Of a stretch of 34,841 nucleotides of DNA, positions 1 to 8,006 are shown one piece after another; position 1 is the stretch's first letter, and each line of letters starts with the position of its first letter. The notes beneath the pieces are model-generated. The model had not been told where the DNA came from. It searched no databases and saw only the letters and a program-made list of their open reading frames with translations. The stretch lies in the IMG/VR virus record IMGVR_UViG_3300012964_000008, positions 1 through 34,841 of that record; one strand, written 5' to 3'. The stretch is from a virus. Position numbers and translations under genes: made by a program.

Positions 1-123
1 GTCAACTCCTTCGCGTATTCCACACTATACTGAACTGCCATTGCTTTCTCCTCATGGGAAAGGTCCCCTCCCGGAGTTCACCGGGAGAAAGGTTAAGGTT
101 AGGTTACGCCTCGGTGCACTCGA
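1..123. repeat. Terminal direct repeat, copy 1 (identical to 34719..34841). It marks closure of a circular or circularly permuted 34,718-bp genome.
   Basis: Read base by base: gtcaactccttcgcg...ggtgcactcga at 1..123 recurs exactly at 34719..34841. It covers the capsid-gene 3' end, an intergenic hairpin and the 5' end of the next gene. Confidence 0.95.
68..87 (-). promoter_or_regulatory. RNA hairpin between the capsid gene stop and the next gene (no U-tract)
   Basis: ctcccgg (68..74) and ccgggag (81..87) form a 7-bp inverted repeat with a 6-nt loop, lying between the stop at 104 and the start at 41 (=34759). A duplicate lies at 34786..34805. Confidence 0.3.
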
Positions 124-973
124 TCTCGACGACACCCTCATCGAGGACCCGGGTCGCTCCGAACTGGCAGAACGCCCAGGCCTGGGTCGAATAGTGCTTC
201 GTGGGAAGCTCATCGACCCGCGTGATGATCTCTTGCGACCAGCCTAACTTCATGGCCGGCTGCGCCCATGCCAGGTTGTAGCGATAGGTCGCCTTGGGCA
301 GGAGGTTGCACCCGATCCATTCAAACCCCATGAACCGGGTCACCACTCCATCCATCATCGCCCGCACGCTATCGACGTATTGAGAATTCTTGATCTCGGT
401 CACGTTTTCCAGCAGATAGGCGAGCTGGTCAGGGTAATAGATGAAGTAGCGGGGAACTCGAGGGCTCACGTTCGCCTTGTCGAGCTTCGTCTTTGCGGCG
501 ATCACCTTGCCGAGCGTTAGGCTCGCAGATCCGTGGACGATCTTCTGAGCCGAGGGAAGGGCCACCGGGGTCCCTCCGGTCACTCCCTCGTAGGCGTTAC
601 CCCGCGCCGCAGCGATGACTGCGTTATCTGCAGCGACACCGAGCGCCCAGGAGAAGTTGCGGATGTAATCGGAGGTCGGATCGATCAGCATCTTGAGCTT
701 GTCCGGCCTGTCGATCAGATCTGCCACTTCCCAGGGAACCATCGAGAGCTTCCGGCGGGTGTGGGTTTGGAAGGTATAGTTGGTATCGGTGTGACGGGAT
801 TGGATCTGCGCTGCGGCGGTGGCGGCGAGGATGTCCACATAATCCGAGTCACCCACTATGCCCCGCTGAACGGAGACCGCTCGCTCCAGGACCGATCCCT
901 CTTGCTGGAACTTGCTGACCAGGGTGTCATGAAACTGCTGGACAAACGCCTGGTCGATAGTTACATCAGCCAT
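104..973 (-). CDS. Major capsid protein, T7 gp10-like (HK97 fold)
   Basis: 289 aa. I take the ATG at 973, preceded by GGAGGA, and do not use the track's TTG at 988. FVQQFHDTLVSKFQQEGSVLERAVSVQRGIVG, ALGVAADNAVIAAA and RYFIYYPDQLAYLL parallel T7 gp10 segments (LKVFGGEVLTAFARTSV.., SLAMAADGAVLAEIA, RVFYCDPDSYSAIL, from memory). It directly follows a scaffold-like gene. Confidence 0.8.
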   Translation of the reverse strand: MADVTIDQAFVQQFHDTLVSKFQQEGSVLERAVSVQRGIVGDSDYVDILAATAAAQIQSRHTDTNYTFQTHTRRKLSMVPWEVADLIDRPDKLKMLIDPTSDYIRNFSWALGVAADNAVIAAARGNAYEGVTGGTPVALPSAQKIVHGSASLTLGKVIAAKTKLDKANVSPRVPRYFIYYPDQLAYLLENVTEIKNSQYVDSVRAMMDGVVTRFMGFEWIGCNLLPKATYRYNLAWAQPAMKLGWSQEIITRVDELPTKHYSTQAWAFCQFGATRVLDEGVVEIECTEA

Positions 974-1129
974 CAGACAATCCTCCAAAAGTATGGTGCT
1001 ATCTTATTCTCACCGGGGATAGTCTGATGTCATCATCAGGTCCGCCTTGACCTTGCGGGGTCCACTCGGACGGCTTGCCCGTCAGCAGTCAGGCCTTCGA
1101 TAAGAAGGTAGTCTGGCTTGGGGTGGGAT

Positions 1130-1930
1130 TTATGGCCTGCCGACCGGTGCTGCGTTCGGCTTGCCAGGATATGCGATTTGATAGAGCTTATTGACCTCCA
1201 GTATCGCCCTCTCATGATCCGGAGAGCGTTGATCGTTGTAAGGATGTTTCCGATCGGCCTTGATCCTGTCGATCTCCTTCCGGGCTTCCAGGATTCGATC
1301 CTCGCCCATGCCCTCACCGGAGATGTAGTCGGCCTCTGCCAGCATGGCCCCGATCTTGGACAGAAATTCGAGAACCACTGGCTGATCCAGAGCTCCAGTT
1401 AGGCCGAGAGCCTTGACCACTTCCGGACCGCCGATGTCCGGATCTTCCACAATGGCCTCTGCCAGGGATACATTGTAATCGTAATTCGCCCCCCACTTCT
1501 TCTTGAGCTCCTCCCGGCGTGCCTTCACCTCCTGCTCGTACTCCTCGGCCAAGTCAATCTGGAATTGCAGGTGCTGGGTGGAAAGGTTTTTGGCCTGCCT
1601 CTTGCTGAGACCTTCCCGATGCGCGGTCTCCCGAAACCACTTCTCATATCTCTCATTCCACTGGATCTCGGGAGGAAGATTCGACGGATGATCGATCTCA
1701 TAATCCTCGAATTTCTCGGGACGCCCGAGTTTCGTGTAGATCTCATCCCAGGCCTTCTGTGACTCTTCCGGAGGGAGATCCTCTTTCGGCAAAGGGATGC
1801 GACCCCCCATCATCTTCTTGGTTTCAACGAGGCTCTTGGCCACGTCTCCCCATCCGTTCATGGTCTGGAAGACTTCCTCTTTCCGCAAGTCCTCGGGGAT
1901 CTCGGCTAACTGCTGGTCATTCAGTGGCAT
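1130..1930 (-). CDS. Scaffolding protein (putative)
   Basis: 266 aa, highly charged and helical (EE/KK-rich). Strong SD AAGGAGG before the ATG at 1930. It sits between portal and capsid genes, as T7 gene 9 does. Confidence 0.6.
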   Translation of the reverse strand: MPLNDQQLAEIPEDLRKEEVFQTMNGWGDVAKSLVETKKMMGGRIPLPKEDLPPEESQKAWDEIYTKLGRPEKFEDYEIDHPSNLPPEIQWNERYEKWFRETAHREGLSKRQAKNLSTQHLQFQIDLAEEYEQEVKARREELKKKWGANYDYNVSLAEAIVEDPDIGGPEVVKALGLTGALDQPVVLEFLSKIGAMLAEADYISGEGMGEDRILEARKEIDRIKADRKHPYNDQRSPDHERAILEVNKLYQIAYPGKPNAAPVGRP

Positions 1931-1954
1931 AAAGTTCCTCCTTGGGTAATCTCA

Positions 1955-2257
1955 TCAAGTCTCTTTCACCCATTTCTCCCGCATCCTGGCCATATAGTCC
2001 TCGAAGGCCTCCGGGGAATGGGCGATCTTCATCATCGACATCGCTTCCAGGACGACGGCCCGTTGACCGGATACATAATCTCCAGTTTCATCGCGCATGA
2101 CGTACCGGTTGAACCAATAACTGAGAACCTGTTGGCCAGACGAACTCTCGAAGGCTTCCCGGAAGGCGACAGCCAGTCGATAGGTATCGTCCTCCCTCGG
2201 CGCGGCGGGAATGGGAGGGATTTCGGGTTTAGGAATTTGCTTGTTTTTATGCGTCAT
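1955..2257 (-). CDS. Hypothetical protein (100 aa)
   Basis: ORF in the co-directional operon between portal and scaffold. It overlaps the upstream ORF by 11 nt. No motif recognised. Confidence 0.5.
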   Translation of the reverse strand: MTHKNKQIPKPEIPPIPAAPREDDTYRLAVAFREAFESSSGQQVLSYWFNRYVMRDETGDYVSGQRAVVLEAMSMMKIAHSPEAFEDYMARMREKWVKET

Positions 2258-2477
2258 ACCGTTTCCCCAATTCTTTCGGGTTCATCCTTCGATCATCCAC
2301 GAAGAGCGCCATCCCTCTCGCTTCGGATCGGATCTCCGCAGTGCGGGTCGGATCTGCCGAGATCCTGCGCTGCTCTTTCTTCAGCCAATTTGCTATTCCG
2401 ATGAAGCCGTACTGGGTGTCGATTATCTCTTTGGGTTTTAACCATTTCGTCAGTTGAACCATCTTTCCCTTTCTCAT
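2247..2477 (-). CDS. Hypothetical protein (76 aa)
   Basis: The ATG at 2477 overlaps the portal stop (ATGA). An alternative ATG at 2462 follows AAAGGGAAAG. Confidence 0.5.
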   Translation of the reverse strand: MRKGKMVQLTKWLKPKEIIDTQYGFIGIANWLKKEQRRISADPTRTAEIRSEARGMALFVDDRRMNPKELGKRYDA

Positions 2478-4171
2478 GCTCCCGCAGGAGCCCCTCCGCC
2501 ACCCATACTCGCCACCAGTTGCTCGATCTCCTGGGGCGAAACCCCGCTGGTCGCTTCTTTCAATGGCCCAAGGGCTGGACCGATCTTGCCGAGGCTCTCC
2601 ATCATGCCTTGCGTCTGGAGTTGTCTCGCAATGGCGGCCTGCGCTGCCTCCCTGGCGTCCTTGATCTTCTTCACCTCATCCTTGGTGTTCACGAACTTCG
2701 AGGGAAAGCCCATGAGCGGAGCGAAATAGGGGACGATCTCGAACCAGTTGATCCAATCGAGCACGGTAGGATCGAGCTTCCAAACGGGAATGAAGATCTC
2801 CAAGAAACGTTGGAAAGCATAGATCTCACCTGCCCGCTGCGCCCGGGCCATCGGTCCCTTGTATTCGATGTCGATCCAGGAGCCGTATTCCTCGATCACT
2901 TCGGCGGGAGCTCGCGGCAGGACGCCGTTTCGGTAGAGGATCCCGAAGATCCGCTCGATCAGGGGATTGAGGAATTCCACGATGATGGCTCCCAGGGTCG
3001 GGCCGAGCATCCTCTGCATGAGCTCATAGCGGACCGCGACCTCGGTGGCCGTCATCTGCGGCCCTTCCTGGAGTTGTAGCTGATCGCCATAGAAGATCCT
3101 GCGGATCTCGGTCTTGAGTTCCATCTCCTTGAGTTGGGCGACATCGAGGCGGTTGGTGAGAGGGACCGGCTGGAGCCCGGGGAACTTCTGCACCGTGGTG
3201 ACTCCCCTTGGCTCCAGGTGGATCTTTCCGATCACGGCGTTGAGCTCCTTCATCATCGGAGGATCGACCATCTTGGCCCAGGCAGCCAGAGAGAGCTCGA
3301 TCGCCTTGTTTAGGGTCTTGACTTCGGGCAGACCATCAGATCCGGGCCCTCCATACCCGTAGACCTCTCCGGGTGGCTTCTCCCACCGGTCAACGAGATA
3401 GGGCATCTCCGGGTAACCCTTCTCTTCGAGGAGGATCTCCTCCCCGGGCAGGAAGTAGACAGAGGCGAAGGGCATTCCGAGCGGACCTTTCATGCCGTAT
3501 TGCCTCTCGGTGCGAGGATAGACGGCATGGACTACGGGGATCTTGTCCAGCGGGTTCTTGTCGTAAATCTCCTTCACCTTCTTGCCGGCCCGATTCGGCC
3601 AGGTCTCCAGGATCTTGCGGGCCTCCAGCTTGTGCGGCCGATACACCGTGTCCACGATTCCCTCGAAGTTCTCGGCGATGGCATACTCCCCGATCGCGTG
3701 CTCCTTGAACCAAAGGCCGGAGAACCCTCGGGTCTTCGTCTTCTTCCTCCGCTCATCAACATACATACAACCCTCTGCGAAGGCCACCAGTTGCAAGAAG
3801 TGGACGTTGACCTCACGGTAGAAAACGGAGTGATTGAGCACGGCATGGGCGAAAACCGAGGACTCATCCTGCCATCTGCGAACTACGGGCAGTTGGTTCA
3901 GCTTCTCGCTCCCCGTCTCGAAGTTGAACCAGGTCGCAGATTGAGGACAGATGGCGGAGGCAATGGAGGCGGCCAGTTTGCGGGCCTCGAAAGGAGCTGT
4001 GGAGGTATAGAGACCTTCCATCAGGTTCGATCCAGGTTGCCGATCAAAGAGGCTGCTCTTAGCCAGGGGCCGAATGTAGGTGGCGATTTCCCTCCAGTGA
4101 GGGCGGTAATAATCGAGTTCCCCCTGGAGTTGTTGATTCATCAGTTTCAATGTCTTTATCGAGGCCGCCAT
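2474..4171 (-). CDS. Portal (head-to-tail connector), T7 gp8-like
   Basis: 565 aa. TATEVAVRYELMQRMLGPTLGAIIVEFLNPLIERIFGILYRNGVLP parallels T7 gp8 VTAEEIRYVASELEDTLGGVYSILSQELQLPLVRVLLKQL (from memory). N-terminal YYRPHWREIATYIRP...KLAASIASAICPQSATW also matches the family layout. It lies between terminase and scaffold. Confidence 0.85.
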   Translation of the reverse strand: MAASIKTLKLMNQQLQGELDYYRPHWREIATYIRPLAKSSLFDRQPGSNLMEGLYTSTAPFEARKLAASIASAICPQSATWFNFETGSEKLNQLPVVRRWQDESSVFAHAVLNHSVFYREVNVHFLQLVAFAEGCMYVDERRKKTKTRGFSGLWFKEHAIGEYAIAENFEGIVDTVYRPHKLEARKILETWPNRAGKKVKEIYDKNPLDKIPVVHAVYPRTERQYGMKGPLGMPFASVYFLPGEEILLEEKGYPEMPYLVDRWEKPPGEVYGYGGPGSDGLPEVKTLNKAIELSLAAWAKMVDPPMMKELNAVIGKIHLEPRGVTTVQKFPGLQPVPLTNRLDVAQLKEMELKTEIRRIFYGDQLQLQEGPQMTATEVAVRYELMQRMLGPTLGAIIVEFLNPLIERIFGILYRNGVLPRAPAEVIEEYGSWIDIEYKGPMARAQRAGEIYAFQRFLEIFIPVWKLDPTVLDWINWFEIVPYFAPLMGFPSKFVNTKDEVKKIKDAREAAQAAIARQLQTQGMMESLGKIGPALGPLKEATSGVSPQEIEQLVASMGGGGAPAGA

Positions 4172-4175
4172 TATC

Positions 4176-4484
4176 TTACCCCATCAATCCTTTCCTGGCC
4201 CCGCTTGGCCGGAGGAATCCCAGGTTCACCTGCTCGGCCAGGGGCGAATAGGTTCCCGCCGGCGTGGTGGTTGTCTTCTCCGCGGCCGCTGCCACCTGGC
4301 GTTCGTCCCTCTTCATTGCCTTCTTCAGTTCCTCTTGCTGTTTCTTGGCCAGTTCGATGCCTTCCTTCTCGGCTTTCTTGGCCTTCTTCTTCTGCTTCTC
4401 CTCCTCCTCTTCGCTTTCCTTCTTCGCCCGCCAGGGAGCGATCAATCCCATGCCGAGCGATTTGCCGATTCCATTGCCGCCCAT
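4176..4484 (-). CDS. Hypothetical K/E-rich protein (102 aa)
   Basis: SD AAGGAGGG lies 8 nt before the ATG at 4484. Low-complexity KKESEEEEEKQKKKAKKAEKE core. Confidence 0.5.
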   Translation of the reverse strand: MGGNGIGKSLGMGLIAPWRAKKESEEEEEKQKKKAKKAEKEGIELAKKQQEELKKAMKRDERQVAAAAEKTTTTPAGTYSPLAEQVNLGFLRPSGARKGLMG

Positions 4485-4485
4485 C

Positions 4486-4707
4486 TCAAATGCCCTCCTT
4501 CATGTCAACCGTGATGATGAGGCGATCTTCGGACGAGAGTTCGACCTGGATGCGTTTCATAACCTGAACGGAGATGTCCGCCATGATCCGGGAGAGACTG
4601 CCTTCCACTTCCAATTTAGCCTGATCCCAGGCTTTTCTGACGGCTTCTTTTATTTCGCTCTGGATCGCCTTATTTACCGCATCGAGGTACACTGTATCCT
4701 TAGACAA
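4486..4707 (-). CDS. Hypothetical protein (73 aa), TTG start
   Basis: The start codon is TTG (4705..4707), preceded by GAGGAGGAAG at good spacing. Co-directional and tightly packed. Confidence 0.5.
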   Translation of the reverse strand: MSKDTVYLDAVNKAIQSEIKEAVRKAWDQAKLEVEGSLSRIMADISVQVMKRIQVELSSEDRLIITVDMKEGI

Positions 4708-4719
4708 ATCTCTTCCTCC

Positions 4720-4926
4720 TCAATAGGATTCAACATCGATCTCCAAGGTTTTCTCCCTGTAGTACCGATTTTCTTTCACTACCGCATCTTCTTCCCGGAT
4801 TCCTGCCGATACGCCCTCCCAAGTGGCCACCACAGGCATTTCCTCTGGGAAACGCAAGAGGAAGGTCCTTAGTTCTCCTACTGTCATTGTCAGATCTGAA
4901 TCTGAAGATAATTTGAAAGGTTTCAT
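4720..4926 (-). CDS. Hypothetical protein (68 aa)
   Basis: The ATG at 4926 overlaps the upstream stop (TAATG). Confidence 0.5.
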   Translation of the reverse strand: MKPFKLSSDSDLTMTVGELRTFLLRFPEEMPVVATWEGVSAGIREEDAVVKENRYYREKTLEIDVESY

Positions 4927-5117
4927 TACGCCCTTTCCGGCAATTTCTTGCCCTTCGCTTCCTCCAGGTGCATCAAAAGCATCTTCGCGCTCATCCGGGT
5001 TTTGGTCTTCAGGCCCTTCCTCTTCTTGCCGAGTTCGGCGCCGAAGAATCGCCTTTCTCTCTCACTGGTGATCGGGGTATGCTTTCTGCCGCGCTTAGCA
5101 CATGCTGCGGTGGTCAT
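4926..5117 (-). CDS. Small basic protein (63 aa)
   Basis: Only the 3' part of track ORF 4926..5537 is accepted. ATG at 5117 preceded by GGGAGGA. MTTAACAKRGRKHTPITSERERRFFGAELGKKRKGLKTKTRMSAKMLLMHLEEAKGKKLPERA resembles small KAQQ..GAE..MS..L phage and bacterial proteins (from memory). Confidence 0.5.
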   Translation of the reverse strand: MTTAACAKRGRKHTPITSERERRFFGAELGKKRKGLKTKTRMSAKMLLMHLEEAKGKKLPERA

Positions 5118-5260
5118 GTTTTCCTCCCACCTGTCCACTCGGTCCAGGTCCCATCGAACCTGCTGAGCATCCAGACCATGAAGAGAAAAAGACCTAAACA
5201 AAGTAGGCTGAGGATCGAAATCAGGGAGACAAGTGCGACTATCCCGATGATCTTTATCAA
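5114..5260 (-). CDS. Putative 48-aa single-pass membrane peptide, TTG start
   Basis: TTG at 5258..5260 overlaps the terL stop (TTGA), with GGAGG 5 nt upstream. Product MIKIIGIVALVSLISILSLLCLGLFLFMVWMLSRFDGTWTEWTGGRKT. Its stop overlaps the next ATG (ATGA). It is below the track's size cutoff. Confidence 0.3.
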   Translation of the reverse strand: MIKIIGIVALVSLISILSLLCLGLFLFMVWMLSRFDGTWTEWTGGRKT

Positions 5261-7002
5261 AAAGGCCTCCAATCGGAGCTCGCCTGCTCTCCCCTCTCCC
5301 AAACCGGCTTCTTGTAACCATAGTCCGGTGCGAAGATGTTGAACTGACTCTGATAATGCTCCTCCTCCCTTGGCGCTTGGGCATGATACGCGATTCCGGT
5401 CCGCTGGGCCGCGAGGAAAAGGTAGTTGAGGGCATGGCGGTAATGATCCGGACCGAGTTTCCGATAGCGAAATTCCTGGGATCCCGTCTCTGGATCCTCT
5501 TGGAGGACCTTGGCCAGGTTGCTGCAATGGCGGGCAAACTCCTCCACTTCGCTCGATCTCCGAGGAAGGATCAGGCTGCCCGGGCTGGTCACCAGGCGGT
5601 GAGTGGAATCGCAGGCTTCGGTCCTACGGATCTTCACGATGCGATGCTCCTCATCCCACTTGTCCCCCGGATAGGTCTGCTCCACGTAATCGCAGAGGTA
5701 AATCGGATACGTCTCCTGGGCCATGAAGTCCTTCACCGCCCGGGTTTCCGGTTCCATGTCAAATACCCCCATGCTCACATTGAACCTCCGGGCGATGTCA
5801 TGGATGTCGTTGAAGCTCTCTACCCGTGCCAAATAGAGGATCTGGAGGACCTGCGGATCGGCAGGCTTGAGGCCGACCAGGACGTGGAAATCCCGCTGGC
5901 CGACATCGACTCCCATGCAGCAAGGGCCTTTGCTCTGGATGGCCATCGGATCGATCCGGCAACACTTGAGGACCTCCTCCATGGCGAGGCGATTCTCGGC
6001 TGCAATGTAGGCCATCCCGAGCTTGGAGTTGTATACCTCGGCCAGGTTGCCACGGGGGGGATTCTGGTAGGCCTGGAGGATCGTGGCGGGATCCACGAAG
6101 GGAGAGTTAAGCTGGCTGATCCACCAGCCGACGACTGATCGATCTGAATATCGGGGCACCCAGCGGCCGTTGCTTGGCTGGATCTCCTCGTGGCAATGTC
6201 GGCAGACACGCAAGAACTTGCCGGTCGAGGTCTCCTGGAGGCAGTTGGGGAAGTCGAGCTCCAGGCAGGTCTCGGTCCGGCACTTCGGGCAGGGGATCAT
6301 CCAGACCCTCTGATCGCTCTGCTCGTACAGGACATCGATGCCATAGTCCGGGATGGTGGGCGTGCTGACGTAGATCTCCTCCTTGACGGTGGAATGACCC
6401 AACCGCTCCAGGGCAAGGTCGATCATCGGCTGATCCATCTCATCCATTTCATCGAAGACGATCCGGTCCACCGGGATCGATTTCAACTGGGAACTTGACC
6501 GCTTGATCCCCTCGATGCGGGTCGTGGATCTGGCACCGCGGAAGTAGAGCATCGAGGACCTGATCCGCTTGATCGAGACCGCATCGGTGGATACTCCCTC
6601 GAACCACATCTGATTGAGCTCCATCAGAGGCCCGAACCGGGCCCGGGAGAAGTCGCTGACCTCATTCTGCGTAGGAAAAAGATATAAAACTCCCTGGGGG
6701 TATTTGCCTGAGAGGTGGCCATAAAGGGTCTTGAGTACGTTGACTTCGGTGATTCCGACCTGGGCTCCCTTCTTGAATACCTGCCGCGGGCAATCCTCCA
6801 GAAACATTCCCTCCTCATACTCATGGCCCTCCCAAGTGAATGGTCCGGCGCTGAGCCTAATTTGTCCGGTCCAGTCCAGGATCTTCGGAAGCTCCTGAAG
6901 CGGACTCAGTGAGCATTCCGAGAATTCGGGGCTGGATAAGACCGTTTGCAGCAGTGAGTACCTGTCTAAATTCTCTGCCAATTTGATCCCTGAGCTTTGC
7001 AT
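5257..7002 (-). CDS. terL: Terminase large subunit, lambda GpA-type
   Basis: 581 aa. Walker A-like KKGAQVGITE and Walker B-like IVFDEMDE. Cys4 insert CPKC..(x)..CRHC. N-terminal PFTWEGHEYEEGMFLED precedes the P-loop, as in GpA-family terminases. Confidence 0.85.
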   Translation of the reverse strand: MQSSGIKLAENLDRYSLLQTVLSSPEFSECSLSPLQELPKILDWTGQIRLSAGPFTWEGHEYEEGMFLEDCPRQVFKKGAQVGITEVNVLKTLYGHLSGKYPQGVLYLFPTQNEVSDFSRARFGPLMELNQMWFEGVSTDAVSIKRIRSSMLYFRGARSTTRIEGIKRSSSQLKSIPVDRIVFDEMDEMDQPMIDLALERLGHSTVKEEIYVSTPTIPDYGIDVLYEQSDQRVWMIPCPKCRTETCLELDFPNCLQETSTGKFLRVCRHCHEEIQPSNGRWVPRYSDRSVVGWWISQLNSPFVDPATILQAYQNPPRGNLAEVYNSKLGMAYIAAENRLAMEEVLKCCRIDPMAIQSKGPCCMGVDVGQRDFHVLVGLKPADPQVLQILYLARVESFNDIHDIARRFNVSMGVFDMEPETRAVKDFMAQETYPIYLCDYVEQTYPGDKWDEEHRIVKIRRTEACDSTHRLVTSPGSLILPRRSSEVEEFARHCSNLAKVLQEDPETGSQEFRYRKLGPDHYRHALNYLFLAAQRTGIAYHAQAPREEEHYQSQFNIFAPDYGYKKPVWERGEQASSDWRPF

Positions 7003-7357
7003 CTGCCTTTCCCACCACGTTGAGGACGATCTGGATGAAAGCCTGGACCTCGGCCATGAGGATCTGCACCTGCTTGGGGACTTCGAGGCCGGGGACGAGC
7101 TTCATCTCCCCATCCAATATCTTGAGCCAGGCCTTGACCGCCTCCAGGTCTCCTTCGCAGGCTTTCGTATAGACCTTTGCATCCAGGACGTTTAGCTTGC
7201 AAAGGTATAGTTTCCTCTTCTGGTCGACCGGCTCGATCTCTATCTTCTGGACTCCCCGGAGTACCGCATCACGGGCAGCAGATTTATTGCTGTACCCAAG
7301 TTCCTTGGCGATCTGCTCAAGGGTACTCCCTTCCAGCCGCATCTCCAGAGCTCTCAT
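6857..7357 (-). CDS. terS: Terminase small subunit (putative, HTH)
   Basis: HTH-like STLEQIAKELGYSNKSAARDAVLRGVQK, immediately upstream of terL. The start is uncertain. 7357 is the first ATG but has no SD. The track's GTG at 7474 lies in the loop of a terminator-like hairpin. The 3' end overlaps terL by 146 nt. Confidence 0.5.
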   Translation of the reverse strand: MRALEMRLEGSTLEQIAKELGYSNKSAARDAVLRGVQKIEIEPVDQKRKLYLCKLNVLDAKVYTKACEGDLEAVKAWLKILDGEMKLVPGLEVPKQVQILMAEVQAFIQIVLNVVGKADAKLRDQIGREFRQVLTAANGLIQPRILGMLTESASGASEDPGLDRTN

Positions 7358-7454
7358 GTGCTTCTGGAGTTTTTCCAGCTTCTTCTTGCTGGTCTTCCGG
7401 GCCGGTGCTGATAACTTGCTCAAAGCCGTATAGAAGTAAAGAGGGCTTGAGATG

Positions 7455-7494
7455 AAAAAGGCAGATGGTCCCACCCCGGGAAAACCGTCTGCCT
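7455..7494 (-). terminator. Intrinsic-terminator-like hairpin with U-tract at the early-left/late boundary, nested in a 76-bp palindrome (7440..7515)
   Basis: Minus-sense RNA reads AGGCAGACGG-UUUUCCCGGGGUGGGA-CCAUCUGCCU-UUUUC (9 of 10 positions pair). It is flanked by a perfect 12-bp outer inverted repeat, agagggcttgag (7440..7451) and ctcaagccctct (7504..7515). Confidence 0.5.
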
Positions 7495-7589
7495 CGTATC
7501 TACCTCAAGCCCTCTATGATTTTTGGGAAAGATCTCCCCTTGATTTACTCTCGGGGTGGGGGGACAACCGATCCGAAGGCGGCCCTCTC

Positions 7590-8006
7590 TCATGCTACCC
7601 CCCCAGCTGTTGCCTCTATATCAAAACAAGGCAGTTCTTTTGTCAAGCAAAATTTGATTTCCGCAGATCCGCCAAGAGAAGCAGTTTCCAGCCGAATCTC
7701 CCATTTGTTCATTTTTTTCTTCCAGCCGATCAGGTAGAAAAGCGATCCTCCCAGGAGCCAGGCGTATAGTTTATCGTGGATCTCCGGCGTCTCCAGGATC
7801 TTCGTCCTCCGGTGGCTCATGTTGCTGTAATCTGTTACCTGGATACCGAGGCGAACCCCAAGCGGATGCAGGGCCTCGATGTCGATAAATCCGAATAGGT
7901 CGCGGCGCACCTTGGCTTGGGGAATCCACTGTTCCACCTTCTGAAACCAGAATCCTCTTTCCCTCAGCCAGCGGTAGGTCAGCTCAGTGGGGGTCACTTC
8001 CACCAT
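7590..8006 (-). CDS. Hypothetical protein (138 aa), with a weak PD-(D/E)XK-like nuclease or resolvase signature
   Basis: ATG at 8006; the upstream part of track ORF 7590..8144 is rejected. ELTYRWLRERGF...RRDLFGFIDIEAL...GIQVT...RRTK has the E...D...(E/Q)x(K/T) spacing of restriction-endonuclease-fold resolvases, but the last motif is non-canonical. Confidence 0.4.
   Translation of the reverse strand: MVEVTPTELTYRWLRERGFWFQKVEQWIPQAKVRRDLFGFIDIEALHPLGVRLGIQVTDYSNMSHRRTKILETPEIHDKLYAWLLGGSLFYLIGWKKKMNKWEIRLETASLGGSAEIKFCLTKELPCFDIEATAGGVA
7615..7646 (-). promoter_or_regulatory. Possible promoter (-35 TTGACA, extended -10-like TGATATAGA)
   Basis: Minus strand reads TTGACA (7641..7646), then 17 to 20 nt, then TGATATAGA (7615..7623). 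The A/T-rich stretch AAATTTTGC lies upstream. The -10 is imperfect and the site lies inside the 3' end of the preceding CDS. Confidence 0.3.

Noticed and set aside
1-123. The 123-bp terminal repeat read as a physical T7-like direct terminal repeat of the virion DNA.
   Set aside because: The repeat spans the end of the capsid gene, a hairpin and the start of the next gene, in the middle of an operon. Physical DTRs of T7-like phages are non-coding ends. An assembly overlap of a circular or permuted genome is the simpler reading. It cannot be settled without reads.
989-1129. The 141-nt spacer upstream of the capsid gene as a possible ncRNA or promoter. It has small hairpins CCTTC/GAAGG, GACGG/CCGTC and CTGATG/CATCAG in minus sense.
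   Set aside because: The stems are only 5 to 6 bp. I found no convincing -35/-10 pair (the best is TAAGAT, with no suitably spaced -35) and no repeat of the motif elsewhere. It is most simply a structured leader, so it is not reported as a feature.
3500-4567. Long plus-strand ORF (355 aa) antisense to the portal gene. Similar long antisense ORFs occur at 5356..6138 (+), 12803..13567 (-), 13655..14404 (-), 22399..23085 (+) and 33248..34126 (+).
   Set aside because: They are shadow ORFs of GC-rich genes on the other strand. Their products are R/P/G/L-rich and low-complexity, they lack SD sequences and coupling, and each is fully covered by a well-supported gene with recognisable motifs on the opposite strand.
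7357-7474. The track's GTG start at 7474 for the small terminase (205-aa version).
   Set aside because: The GTG lies in the loop of the terminator-like hairpin (7455..7494) and has no SD. The first 39 codons would be translated through the palindrome. The shorter version from the ATG at 7357 is preferred, but it also lacks an SD, so the start remains uncertain.
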